DNA of 64,000 nt. Source: Candidatus Magasanikiibacteriota bacterium (GTDB lineage: Bacteria; Patescibacteriota; Patescibacteriia; Magasanikbacterales; UBA922). Shown here piece by piece: positions 38,747 through 49,500 of this stretch. The notes below the pieces were generated by a model. It did not search any database, was not told the origin of the DNA, and saw only the letters and a list, made by a program, of their open reading frames with translations. Where the stretch lies: NCBI GenBank assembly GCA_052033375.1, contig JBPOJQ010000013.1:2255-66254 (forward strand). The letters are read 5' to 3'. Positions within the stretch are counted from its first letter, which is position 1; the number at the start of each line of letters is the position of its first letter. Position numbers and translations under genes: made by a program.

Positions 38747-40414
38747 TTATACATGTGCCTGCTTCTCAGGAACCCAAAAACCAAATTCACTTCCCTTGCC
38801 CAGACCTGCGCTTTGCGCCCATACATGCCCCCCATGTGCTTCAATAAACATACGACAAACGTAGATTCCAAGACCAGTGCCATTAACATTAGTTCCTTTC
38901 ACATTTTCTCCTCGATAAAATTTTTGGAAGAAATTTGCTTCATCCATATGCCCAAAGCCCACACCCTGATCTTTTACCCGTACATTCACCCCGCCATTTC
39001 CCATTTCTGTCGATACTACGATCTCTTTCCCATCTGTTCCGTATTTTATAGCGTTATCAATAAAGTTAAAAATCACATTTCTAATCTTTTCTGAATCCAT
39101 ATTTACTTTCTGAATCCGCGGTGAAGTATGCATTACAATCGTCAAACCTGCCTCTGCCGCACGTGGCTGCAATTCCTGTACCACATCCTCAACAATAGTA
39201 TTGATATCCATTTTTTCAAAAACATACTTTGTTCTCCCCTGCTCAATACGTGTAATATCTAAAAATTCATCAACCAACTTTACGAGTCGTTCATTACTCA
39301 CATCCATATCATGAAGGACACTTTCCAATTTTTTACTTGGCTTGCCATATGCACCATCCTCAATCAATTCAATATACCCTTTAATAATTGAAAGTGGGGT
39401 TCGCAACTGATGAGATGCGATTGAAAGAAACTCTGTTTTTTGCTGATCGAGTTCTTTTAATCTCACGTTTGCTTTTTCAAGTGAACGTGCGAGCTCAGTC
39501 ATTTCCTCACGACGCCTAACATCACGATGTACTCCAAAAACAAGGAGTATTCCCACAATCGTCGTAAATACTAGAGTAATAATGGTAATAAGTCTTGATA
39601 CTGTGTTTTGTTGTAAAAATATAAGTGCAAATTCGGCAAGCCAAAGTGCGCTTACCAACAATATCGATCCTGCAACCTTAATATTAAATGTTCGAAACCT
39701 TACAATTGTGTAGCCTAAAAACCCAATAAATACAGGCACTGAAAATAACCCAATTTGTGCAAAATTCCAATCTTCAGTAAAGCTACTTACGATATTGCCC
39801 CATGAAAAAGCAAGAAGGAAAAACACGATCCCCGTTGCAAGAAGTACTAATTCTCGACGCTTTTGTTTATCCAGGGTCTGTCTATGCCATTTGATAGCTA
39901 ATACTATCAGAAATATCGTATAAAATAACTCAACAGGATAAGTAGAATAAATAGAAACAGCGCCTTCTATACTAAGACAGCTATCTAAATCAAACCCTGG
40001 CAATGCAAGCGAGGTTGGCAACGTAAGGGCTATAAAAATACATGGTAAAAAGAATAGCAGCTTAGTTCTCAACCTAATCTCTTCTTTTTTAATTAACGTA
40101 TAAAATAAATATAGCCCACCAAGATGTACTAATGGCTCAAAAAGAATTTGTAGGGACCACACAAACATGATTGCATCGCTACTATTAGAAGCCCAAAATA
40201 TAGAATCAAGAAAAACCCAAATAAAGAAAAAAAATAGCGTCAAAAATAAAATAACATTTGGTCTGGAACGTCTATTAGCAAACAATACAAAAAGTCCAAC
40301 TATCAGTGCAACAGCTAGTACGGTGAAATGCGAGTAGTATACTAATGGCGGAACATTTTCAGAAAATAGTAAAAAACTAGGAGTTGGGTACTGACAAAAT
40401 GTTGGTGCTGCCAT
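38747..40414 (-). CDS. Sensor histidine kinase with a polytopic N-terminal membrane domain
   Basis: About 8 TM helices, then HisKA (SHQLRTPLSIIKGY) and HATPase_c (GTGLGIYVCRMFIEAHGG). No cognate response regulator is adjacent. Confidence 0.9.
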   Translation of the reverse strand: MAAPTFCQYPTPSFLLFSENVPPLVYYSHFTVLAVALIVGLFVLFANRRSRPNVILFLTLFFFFIWVFLDSIFWASNSSDAIMFVWSLQILFEPLVHLGGLYLFYTLIKKEEIRLRTKLLFFLPCIFIALTLPTSLALPGFDLDSCLSIEGAVSIYSTYPVELFYTIFLIVLAIKWHRQTLDKQKRRELVLLATGIVFFLLAFSWGNIVSSFTEDWNFAQIGLFSVPVFIGFLGYTIVRFRTFNIKVAGSILLVSALWLAEFALIFLQQNTVSRLITIITLVFTTIVGILLVFGVHRDVRRREEMTELARSLEKANVRLKELDQQKTEFLSIASHQLRTPLSIIKGYIELIEDGAYGKPSKKLESVLHDMDVSNERLVKLVDEFLDITRIEQGRTKYVFEKMDINTIVEDVVQELQPRAAEAGLTIVMHTSPRIQKVNMDSEKIRNVIFNFIDNAIKYGTDGKEIVVSTEMGNGGVNVRVKDQGVGFGHMDEANFFQKFYRGENVKGTNVNGTGLGIYVCRMFIEAHGGHVWAQSAGLGKGSEFGFWVPEKQAHV

Positions 40415-40417
40415 ATA

Positions 40418-40921
40418 TCACGTAAGTTTCTTGAGATATGATGATAGATAAGGAAAATATTTCTTTTTTTCTTTGCTTGTCAATTGTGAAAATGAAGGTA
40501 TTTTTCCACGACATTTTGCAGATCCACATTTGCATGGAATAGTAGCCTCAACCGCTTTTTCAGACCAAGTAAACTCGGTCATATAATATCCATACACTAT
40601 TTCCTCACCTGATTTGATCTCTCGTAAAGCGAACAGTGTTGGGAATCCATTCTCACGTGTCTTGACATAACAATTCGGTTCACATGAATGGTTCCAATAC
40701 TTTCCAGTCCATTTCGATGGAATGATGTGCGTTTTCAGTCCTATTTGTATTGAAAAATTTGAGGTTTGCTGATCAGATAACTTACCATACCCATGTGATA
40801 CCACTTCACCAGGCATTATATTTTTTAAAGCAAAAATAGCAAAACCATACCCTTTCGGACTTCGTCCACATCTAACTATTTTTTTATTTTCCCTGCTAAC
40901 GCTAGCCAACGCTTCTTTCAT
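40418..40921 (-). CDS. SET-domain protein (putative protein-lysine N-methyltransferase)
   Basis: NHSCEPNC and EIVYGY are SET motifs. The post-SET Cys cluster is CKCGSAKCRG. It ends 4 nt upstream of the histidine kinase gene. Confidence 0.8.
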   Translation of the reverse strand: MKEALASVSRENKKIVRCGRSPKGYGFAIFALKNIMPGEVVSHGYGKLSDQQTSNFSIQIGLKTHIIPSKWTGKYWNHSCEPNCYVKTRENGFPTLFALREIKSGEEIVYGYYMTEFTWSEKAVEATIPCKCGSAKCRGKIPSFSQLTSKEKKKYFPYLSSYLKKLT

Positions 40922-41212
40922 ATTTTTATTTATTTTTTGTTAAATCATCATTCCCTAGTCACTGTAACAACTACTTATCCGCCAGATTCTACCGCATTTG
41001 AACCCACCCCCTCACTAGAAGTCACATAATAGTCATGTCGAATATAGATTCTATAGTAGACTAAAGCTACAATAACAAACAAAAAAATAAACAAATATAA
41101 AATAAAATTTTTACTAGAAGACTCTTCGAATTTATTCTGTTCCATATACTATGCAAGGGATTATACATTTATTTTCTAAAAAATAAAAGTATTTAAACTT
41201 TCACACGTTCAC

Positions 41213-42046
41213 TTATTTTTCAAAATAAGCTTTAAAATTTTTATAACCTGTTCCAAATTTATATTTTACATGAATTCTGACTACATCATTTTTTTGAACA
41301 GAACGTTCCTCTAAAGGAATAATTACTGGTGCATTAAGCGCTTTAGTGTCTTCCACTGTCTTAGTACCTAGAATTGATTTACTCTCCAAAAGAATACTAT
41401 TAATTTTTCCTTTTTTTACTACCTTAAATTCAACAACCACATCACACTGTTCTTTATATGGATGTGAAAAATCAATCTTATTCAACAATTCTTTTTTTGC
41501 CATCTTACTTTTAATTGGATTATACTCCAGCCATTTCCATAAATGATTTACCATAGGAAATAAGTGCCCACAAACTTCAAAAGATGTGTCTACAGGTGTA
41601 ATGTATGTCTCTTGCACCCCTGGAATAAAAATTGTGCTTTTGTGTATATTCTTATGTCTATGTAGATTATTTATTGCCTGCACTTGATGTTCATCAACTA
41701 TTCCCGTGGTTAACATTTCAGAAATAACGATATCAAATTTTTCCTTTAAAGAAATTTTTTTTGCGTCATTTACAATCATTTTAATCTTATTCTTTAACCC
41801 ATTCACCTCAATATTCTTCTTCGCAATGCTCGCAATAAAAGGATCGTACTCTACGCAATACACTTGTTTTGCTCCAGCTTTAGCTGCAGCAATTGCCATA
41901 ATACCTGAACCAGTTCCTAAGTCTATTACCACACTTTCTTTCGTGACGACTTTATTAATAGCATCAACAAAGGCAGTGGTCCTCTTGCTATCTACAAGAC
42001 ATTGGAAAACAAAATCTACTGAACTAAATGCTTTATCTTCTGACAT
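41213..42046 (-). CDS. PRMT-like class I SAM-dependent methyltransferase (protein arginine N-methyltransferase fold)
   Basis: Motif I VVIDLGTGSGIMAIAAAKAGAKQVYCVE. FDIVISEMLTTGIVDE is a double-E loop. HLWKW is a THW-like loop. Order and spacing follow the PRMT core. Confidence 0.6.
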   Translation of the reverse strand: MSEDKAFSSVDFVFQCLVDSKRTTAFVDAINKVVTKESVVIDLGTGSGIMAIAAAKAGAKQVYCVEYDPFIASIAKKNIEVNGLKNKIKMIVNDAKKISLKEKFDIVISEMLTTGIVDEHQVQAINNLHRHKNIHKSTIFIPGVQETYITPVDTSFEVCGHLFPMVNHLWKWLEYNPIKSKMAKKELLNKIDFSHPYKEQCDVVVEFKVVKKGKINSILLESKSILGTKTVEDTKALNAPVIIPLEERSVQKNDVVRIHVKYKFGTGYKNFKAYFEK

Positions 42047-42055
42047 ACTGTTATT

Positions 42056-42649
42056 TTATTTTTTAATAAATGCTCTATTTTTATAAAACTTTCCCATTAC
42101 TAACGATAATAGTATAACTAGGTTTCCAAAAAACATATATATAGGGTAAACACTTAGTTCAAAGGACCATGACGCCAGTGCAAATATATTTATTAAACTA
42201 CCCAAAACTATAAGTAACCAAGATAATAAAAACTCTTCATGGGGCTTTTGAAGTGCATGTCGAACTGTAGGAAAAACACCACATACATCAATTAATAGAC
42301 TAAAGAGTAATGCGTTAACGGGGTTTTTTGTTACAAGCCATAAAATTATCCCTGCAACTGCGCCAATCATGCACATTTTATCTAACACATTCCATTTAAT
42401 ATATCCCGATCTTATTGAAAATGCCACAATCAACAAATCCTGTATTACATACACTAAAGGTACCCAAATCGTTGTTCGCGCTCCTGACTCATAGTAGCTT
42501 ACTAGAACTAGTGTATTTACAGAGGTCCAGATAATCCAAGACGCTATATTTGGTTTAATTTTTTTTTGAAAAACCAAATAAATATAAGGCAAAAATGCTA
42601 CTAATGAGACTAGTCCAGCAATTTGCCCTAAGATTATCTGTAAATTCAT
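42056..42649 (-). CDS. Polytopic membrane protein with two PQ-loop/MtN3-like repeats, paralog of 30028..30603
   Basis: AFLPYIYLVFQKKIKPNIASWIIW and GVFPTVRHALQKPHEEFLLSW align with the 30028 gene. Confidence 0.55.
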   Translation of the reverse strand: MNLQIILGQIAGLVSLVAFLPYIYLVFQKKIKPNIASWIIWTSVNTLVLVSYYESGARTTIWVPLVYVIQDLLIVAFSIRSGYIKWNVLDKMCMIGAVAGIILWLVTKNPVNALLFSLLIDVCGVFPTVRHALQKPHEEFLLSWLLIVLGSLINIFALASWSFELSVYPIYMFFGNLVILLSLVMGKFYKNRAFIKK

Positions 42650-42684
42650 AACTATTTTTTACAAAAAAATAACCATTGCATTGG

Positions 42685-43167
42685 TTATTTTTTTAGACGG
42701 TACCACACCACACTTCCAAACATGGTTGTCGACATTGCAGCCGAGAGCATACAATACGGGCAGACCGTGTATAGGATAAATAGTTGTAGGTAGACAAGAT
42801 AGAGACTGGTCAAAAATCCAAATGTAATGATTCCCTGCAATAGATGCCAGAGACGTATATTACGCACCCGATGAAGTTGGAATACAGTAATGCCGATAAC
42901 GGTATAGTACAATAATCCAAGATACGCGAGAGGAATACCCAATACTTCAGAATATATGCTCTGGAGAACAATATTACAGCTCCCCGGTGATCCTACGATG
43001 CAATTGATTGTACCATCCCCCCCAAACGTACCAATCATATGTTCAATTGAGAGATACAATGCGTCGAGGAATCCAATCCCAGCACATATGATGATTATAC
43101 GAAATAACCAGGTAGGTACTCGCGCCTCACGGACATCAGTAATTAATTGTTTTAGTATAGAAAACAT
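42685..43167 (-). CDS. Vitamin K epoxide reductase (VKOR) family protein
   Basis: Four TMs. Loop Cys pair CIVGSPGSC and active-site CPYC are present. Confidence 0.8.
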   Translation of the reverse strand: MFSILKQLITDVREARVPTWLFRIIIICAGIGFLDALYLSIEHMIGTFGGDGTINCIVGSPGSCNIVLQSIYSEVLGIPLAYLGLLYYTVIGITVFQLHRVRNIRLWHLLQGIITFGFLTSLYLVYLQLFILYTVCPYCMLSAAMSTTMFGSVVWYRLKK

Positions 43168-43175
43168 ATGATATA

Positions 43176-44894
43176 TTACATGTGTTCAACTGTTGTGATA
43201 CCTAAAAGGTCAAACCCACGCTCCATAGTATGAACCACTCTCTCGATAAGTGCAAGCCTGAATTCTTGTGTTGGTTCCGAAGCATTCAACACAGGACATT
43301 CATGATAAAAATGATTCGCGCTTTGTGATAATTCAAATAAATATTGGGCGATATACGACGGATCTCGTTTTTCCACAGCGAGACGTAGCGCAGCATCAAA
43401 TTCGCCGAGACACAATATGAGCTCACGTTCAGCTGATTCCATTACATCTGGAATATATAATTCTCGCCCATGCGATGCGGGTGCACGTTTGGACAAAATA
43501 CTTTTGAATCGAGCGACGATATAGAGAAGATACGGGCCACTGTCTCCTGAAGTGGAGATGGATTCTTGCATATCAAATACAATATCATTTACTCTCCCGG
43601 TTTTGAGAAATGCATATTTCACTGCACCCATAGAGACTCTTTCAACCGTTTCTGCTTTTTCTTCTTTCGACAATTTTGCTTTGATCTCACTTGTCTCCAT
43701 GTGTTCACGGATACTTTCTTTTACTTCTCCAATTAAATCCTCTGCAGTGACCACATTTCCAGTTCGCGAACTCATTTTTCCACCTTTAAGTGTGACCCAG
43801 CCATACGGTAAATGAAATTCTTTTCCCGTGCTTTCTGGAAGCGTTGATTCAAGTGCTTTAAATACTACTTTGAGATAATCTGCTTGTTCAGGACCAATTA
43901 CATGATAAATTGCATCTGGATTGAATTCAGAAAAATGTTTTTCAGCGAGCGCCAAATCTTTTGCTTCATATACCGGAAAACCTTTACTGTTCAAAAACAC
44001 CCGGTCATGCAAATCATGATCACTGCCTTTGAATATGACTGCTCCCTGACTTTTTTCAAATATCCCCTCTTTCAAACCGTCTCCTACGATTTCAACCGCT
44101 CTCTCAAACATTTCTGATTCAAAATAATATCGATCAAATGTGATATCGAGTGAGTTGTAAATACTCTCTAAGTATTCAAGACTCCATGAACGAGTGGTCT
44201 CATACACTTCTTTGATTGCATCATTTCTTTCATACACCATCTCATTGTATTTTTTTACTTCTTCTTGCACGCTTTCACTTTTTTCAAATTCAGTTGCTCC
44301 GTATGCATATACTTTGCCAATAAATTTCATTCGCTCTGACAATGGAGCTTCTTTAATTGCTTCATAATCACTCTTCATTTTTTCAATCCCCCAAAGACAT
44401 TTTGCAATATGCATTCCTACATCCCCTCCGTAGGTCGTACGGATGACTCGATAGCCCGCATATTCATGAAGACGGACTAGCGACTCACCAAGAATTGCAT
44501 TGCGAAGATGTCCGATATGAAAAGCCTTATGAGTATTGGCACAAATAAATTCAATAATAATTGTTCCTTTTGAATCAGAAACTGCCGGTTGTATATGGTT
44601 TTGAAGATTTAGAATAATCTGCGCCAATTCTTTGTCATTGAGAAAAAAATTGACATATGGACCAAATGCTTCTGCCCGTTCTACGAGCACATCTTCAGTT
44701 TCTATATTGAATTTTTCCGCGAGTAGTTTTGCCGCTTCTACGGGCGACATCTTATTCTCTTTTGCATACTGAAAAACAGGAAACGCCACATCTCCCATTT
44801 CTTTTTTTGGCGGAGTAGTAAGGATAATACCTGCTTCACCGATACCAATAGCTTCAAGAAGACCCCCAATGTGGTCTCGAACGTATCGAATCAT
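43176..44894 (-). CDS. argS: Arginine--tRNA ligase
   Basis: Class I HIGH-type motif AFHIGHLRNAILGE. The C-terminal DALR-type anticodon-binding region is present. Length 572 aa. Confidence 0.9.
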   Translation of the reverse strand: MIRYVRDHIGGLLEAIGIGEAGIILTTPPKKEMGDVAFPVFQYAKENKMSPVEAAKLLAEKFNIETEDVLVERAEAFGPYVNFFLNDKELAQIILNLQNHIQPAVSDSKGTIIIEFICANTHKAFHIGHLRNAILGESLVRLHEYAGYRVIRTTYGGDVGMHIAKCLWGIEKMKSDYEAIKEAPLSERMKFIGKVYAYGATEFEKSESVQEEVKKYNEMVYERNDAIKEVYETTRSWSLEYLESIYNSLDITFDRYYFESEMFERAVEIVGDGLKEGIFEKSQGAVIFKGSDHDLHDRVFLNSKGFPVYEAKDLALAEKHFSEFNPDAIYHVIGPEQADYLKVVFKALESTLPESTGKEFHLPYGWVTLKGGKMSSRTGNVVTAEDLIGEVKESIREHMETSEIKAKLSKEEKAETVERVSMGAVKYAFLKTGRVNDIVFDMQESISTSGDSGPYLLYIVARFKSILSKRAPASHGRELYIPDVMESAERELILCLGEFDAALRLAVEKRDPSYIAQYLFELSQSANHFYHECPVLNASEPTQEFRLALIERVVHTMERGFDLLGITTVEHM

Positions 44895-46072
44895 ACAATT
44901 TTCACAAAAAATCTTTTTCCTTTTTGAATTATATCTCCTGGACTGCAGACCTCTTCATAGGACGTTACTTTTTTATCATTAACTTTGACTCCCCCGCCCT
45001 CAATCGTTCTTCGCGCATCACTCGTGCTCGTTGCAAATTTTGCATCCTTAAGAACAGTGATAATATCGTAGGCGGTGGGTTTTAATTCTTCGATATCAGT
45101 TGGGATTTCTTTTTTTGCAAATGTCGCAATGAAGTATTCTTCTGCTTTTGTAGCCTCTTTTTGACCGTGATAAAAACGAACCAACTCAATTCCTAACTTC
45201 ACTTTAAAATCTCGTGGATTCCCGCCTTTTTTCATTTCTTGTGTAAACCCAATAACGGTTTCCATTGGCACCCGAGTCATGTAGGTAAAGTAAGGAATAA
45301 TGAGATCATCTGGAATACTCATGATTTTACCAAACATTTCGTTTGGTTCATCAGTGATATTGACCGTATTACCCCAGCTTGAACTCATTTTTCTCCCATC
45401 AGTACCCGCCACGAGTGGATTCATAATAATGTCTTGTGGCTCTTGTTTGTATGAAGCCTGGAGTGTGCGTCCAGCCAGAAGATTGAATCTCTGATCAGTT
45501 CCACCCAATTCCACGTCAGCTTTTACCGCAACAGAATCATACCCCTGCATAAGCGGATAGAGTACTTCCCGAAGTGATACACGGGTACCTGCATCAAGAC
45601 GACGACGTATATTGTCGCGTGCAATGAATTCAGCAAGTGAAAAAGCATTTGCCTGTTCGCCAAGCTCGTTGTAGTCAATTTTTGATAACCATTTACTATT
45701 GTACTGCACCTCTGCTTTTTTGATATCAATAATTTTTCCTGCCTGTTCTACATAACTTTTCATGTTCTTTTTCACTTGTTCTCGCTGAAGCATGGGTCGT
45801 TCACTGTCTTTGTCCGACGTGTCGCCGATAATACCAGTAAAATCGCCCACAATAAAGACAAGTTGGTGTCCGAGCTCCTGAAAATCTCGCATTTTGAGTA
45901 ATGGAATCGATCTACCTAGATGGAGATTCGGGCTTGTCGGATCAATACCTAATTTTACCCGAAGTTTTTCACCCGATTCGAGACGTTTTTTCAAATGATT
46001 TTTATCAATCACGCTCTCCACTCCTCGGGAGAGTAATTCTTCAATTTTTTTCTTGTCAGTTGAAACTTTCAT
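44891..46072 (-). CDS. tyrS: Tyrosine--tRNA ligase
   Basis: HIGH region PNLHLGR. KMSKS is seen as KMSSS. A C-terminal S4-like domain is present. 4-nt overlap with argS. Confidence 0.88.
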   Translation of the reverse strand: MKVSTDKKKIEELLSRGVESVIDKNHLKKRLESGEKLRVKLGIDPTSPNLHLGRSIPLLKMRDFQELGHQLVFIVGDFTGIIGDTSDKDSERPMLQREQVKKNMKSYVEQAGKIIDIKKAEVQYNSKWLSKIDYNELGEQANAFSLAEFIARDNIRRRLDAGTRVSLREVLYPLMQGYDSVAVKADVELGGTDQRFNLLAGRTLQASYKQEPQDIIMNPLVAGTDGRKMSSSWGNTVNITDEPNEMFGKIMSIPDDLIIPYFTYMTRVPMETVIGFTQEMKKGGNPRDFKVKLGIELVRFYHGQKEATKAEEYFIATFAKKEIPTDIEELKPTAYDIITVLKDAKFATSTSDARRTIEGGGVKVNDKKVTSYEEVCSPGDIIQKGKRFFVKIV

Positions 46073-46126
46073 AATACAGAAACTATAACAGTCACAAAAG
46101 TTAAAATCAAGCTACGTCGTGATCCA

Positions 46127-46507
46127 TTATGATGGAGCTTCACATTTTGTCTTCTCCGCAAGTTCAGCAAATGATTTTTCTCCTGTCACCATCGTCCCGT
46201 CGGAAAATTTCCAGGTAGGATATGATTGTACTCCTGCATCATTGCAGACCGGTAATTGTGATTTGCTCGGCGTCGAACATTCCACATAGGGAAGAAGTTT
46301 TGCTGATTTTCCAAATAGTGCTTTCTGTGACTGACAATGTGGGCACCAAAACGCACCATAAAATATAGCCCCGCTATCCTTGATACATGATGCAAATGCA
46401 TCAAATTCACCCGGCTGATTCTTCTTGTATACAGAAAGTCCAATAATGCCCCCAAGAATGAGAATTGCCGCAACCCACCATATAAGATTCTGCTTTTTTT
46501 TGTCCAT
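46127..46507 (-). CDS. Membrane-anchored thioredoxin-fold thiol-disulfide oxidoreductase (CPHC active site)
   Basis: N-terminal TM, then FWCPHCQ. Confidence 0.7.
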   Translation of the reverse strand: MDKKKQNLIWWVAAILILGGIIGLSVYKKNQPGEFDAFASCIKDSGAIFYGAFWCPHCQSQKALFGKSAKLLPYVECSTPSKSQLPVCNDAGVQSYPTWKFSDGTMVTGEKSFAELAEKTKCEAPS

Positions 46508-46522
46508 AGTATGTGAAATTAA

Positions 46523-49500
46523 TTACTCCGTTAATGATCCCAATTGATTGCGCAATGCCTCTAACTTTTGTCTGCTCTCCTCAAGTTTTTGTTGCTCTTT
46601 TTCCACCACTGCTCGCGGTGCATTTTTTACAAACTCTGTATTCGATAGTTTCTTTTCCATCTGAATCACATAAGGCTCTACGTTTGCAATCTCTTTTTCA
46701 ATTCTCACTTTTTCCTTTTTCATATCAACTGCACTACTCAAATCTATTTCTACTTCCACACCAGACTCAGTAAACGAAATTCCCTTTTCAAGTTTTTCGG
46801 CTGCAATTTTTTCGAGTCCTGCTAATCGAATTAACACTGGCGTATATTCTTTGAGTAATGTACTCATGCTCTCTACTCTTATGTTTGCAGTTATTTTCTT
46901 TGCTGGTTCCACTTTGTACTCAGTACGAATTGAACGAATTTTGGTAATAATATTTCGGAGCGTAGTATCAATGAATACAATATTATTATTCTCCTTCTTA
47001 CCTTTACCTAGCTTTGGATATTCTTCTACCATAAGTGGCGTGTCCCCGTATATCTCTTGCCATACTTGTTCTGTCACAAAGGGCATAAACGGATGCCAGA
47101 GTTTGAGAATCGTATTCAAAATATAATTCAAAATATTACTCTTCTCACCTTCTACTTTTGCAATTTCTAAATACCAATCAGCAAGTTCTCCCCAGGTAAA
47201 GTCTCGCAGTGTTTCACCTGCAATGGAAAATTGATATGAATCAAATGACTTACCCACCTGAGTAACTACGGTATGCAATTTCCATAAAATCCATTCATCT
47301 GCAGCAGTCTGTGCTTTTGGTTCTGTAATATCTTTCGCAGGTGTATCAATATTCAACAACATGAACCGGCTAATATTCCAAAGCTTATTGGTAAAATTAC
47401 GGAAACCTGCAATTTTTTCTTCTGACAATCGCATATCATTCCCTGGCGTCCCGCCAATGAGAAGCGATAGACGTGTCGCATCAGTCCCATATTTCTTGAT
47501 CATGTCCAACGGATCAATAATATTTCCGAGAGACTTACTCATCTTTCTTCCTTCTTCATCACGCACCAGTCCATGAAGATACACGGTTTTAAATGGAACT
47601 TCACCAAGGGCGTATGTACTCATAAGAATCATACGGGCAACCCAGAAAAAGAGAATATCGTATCCTGTTTCCAAAACTGAAGTGGGATGGAACACTTCTA
47701 TATCAGTCGATAATGAATTATCCGCAGCGTACACTCGAGTATCTGCCGTGGCCCTCTGTTGTATGGTGTCCCAGCTCTTTCCTGTAAGCGACGTACCGAA
47801 TTGTTTTAGAACTTCGAGCGTATCTCCATGAGATACAATTGCGATACGTTTTCCTCGATTTTTTTGCAATATTTCTAACAAAAAAGAATGTGTCCGTTCA
47901 CGCAAATCCACGTATGATTCCATCCCATAGGGTGTTTCAATCATCCATTCATGTTGGTCCCTCATTTTGTCAAACTCCTCTTCACTTCTACTATTGAACT
48001 CGCCCACACCCACTTCTCGAAGTCGAATATCTTCAATAACAGGAACTCCTAATTTTTTTGAGAGGATTTCGGCTGTCTCATGTGTACGCACAATTGGAGA
48101 TGCGTAGATAATATCCGGCTTTTTTTTCGATAATTTTTTGCTCAATTCCTCCACTTGTTTTCTCCCAACCTTGGTGAGGTGATATGAATTCGTATCTGAC
48201 ACATCGCTCACTACCCCTGCCACATTATTCTCTGCTTCTCCGTGACGAATAAACTGGATTTCAGTCGTAGGCCACCCAAGTGTAGAAAATGTCCACGAAC
48301 CTGAGGAAAACCAGGTATCGAGTGTATCTGAATCTTGAGTCCAACCTTTTCCTTCAGGTTTTGTTCCAACCACAGTCTCTTCACCTTTGTACCACACAGG
48401 AATTTGATGCCCATACCAAATCTGCCGACTGATATTCCAATCACGCAGATTATCAATCCAATGAAAGTATGTTTTATCGAATCGTTCAGGGATAATTTTA
48501 ATATCCCCAGTCTTGACTACGGTTTGCATCAATTGTTTCAAAGTAACCAATTGTCCTTTATTAATTGTCTTTAATCTTGAATCCTTAATCTTAAATTTTT
48601 TATTCACATCAATAAACCACTGGGTTTTTGGCAATGGCTCAACAATATCTCCAAACCGATCACTGGTCCCAACATTCTGAATTGTGTCTTCAGTTTTCTC
48701 AAGAAGTTTTTGCTTTTCAAGCCATGCAACTAACTTCTTTCGAGCTTCTTCAATCGTCAGCCCGGCAAAAGATTCACCTGCATTAGTAGTCATTTTTCCA
48801 TCCTCACCAATCACCTGAATCAGTCCAATATCTTTATTTTTCTGATAGATTTCAAAATCAGTCTGACTGTGTGCCGGAGTGACTCCGAGCGCTCCAGTAC
48901 CAAATGTGTCATCGACTCCAGCGTCTCCAATTACTTGCAATTTCAATGTATGTCCGGTTTGACCGAAGTTTTTTATAACAAAAGTTTTTCCAATATATTT
49001 TTTCCATTTTCCTTTTGGGTTGACTGCAATCGCTGTATCTCCGAGCTTGGTTTCTGGACGAGTCGTTGCGATAGTTATCGGACATTCTGGCCCGTATGTA
49101 AAATAATATAATTTTCCTGGACGCTCGACATACACGAGTTCATCATCACTGCACGTTGATTGACCTTTAACAGACCAATTAATCACGCGGTACCCTCGAT
49201 AAATAAGCCCGTCATCATACATCATTTTGAATATGGTGTTTACGGCCACATTTCGTGGATTATCTAGAGTAAATGCTTCACGCGACCAATCGAGCGATGC
49301 GCCCATTTTTTTCGCTTGATTTACAATCGTATCATGCGACTCACGTGCAAATTTTTCTACGTGTTTCAAAAATTTTTCACGCCCCAGCTCTGCTTTTGGT
49401 TTTTTCATTCCACCATCAATCAACATTTTTTCTACTTTTGACTCAGTTGCGACTGCTGCATGATCGGTTCCTGGAATCCAGAGGGTTTTGTCACCCTTCA

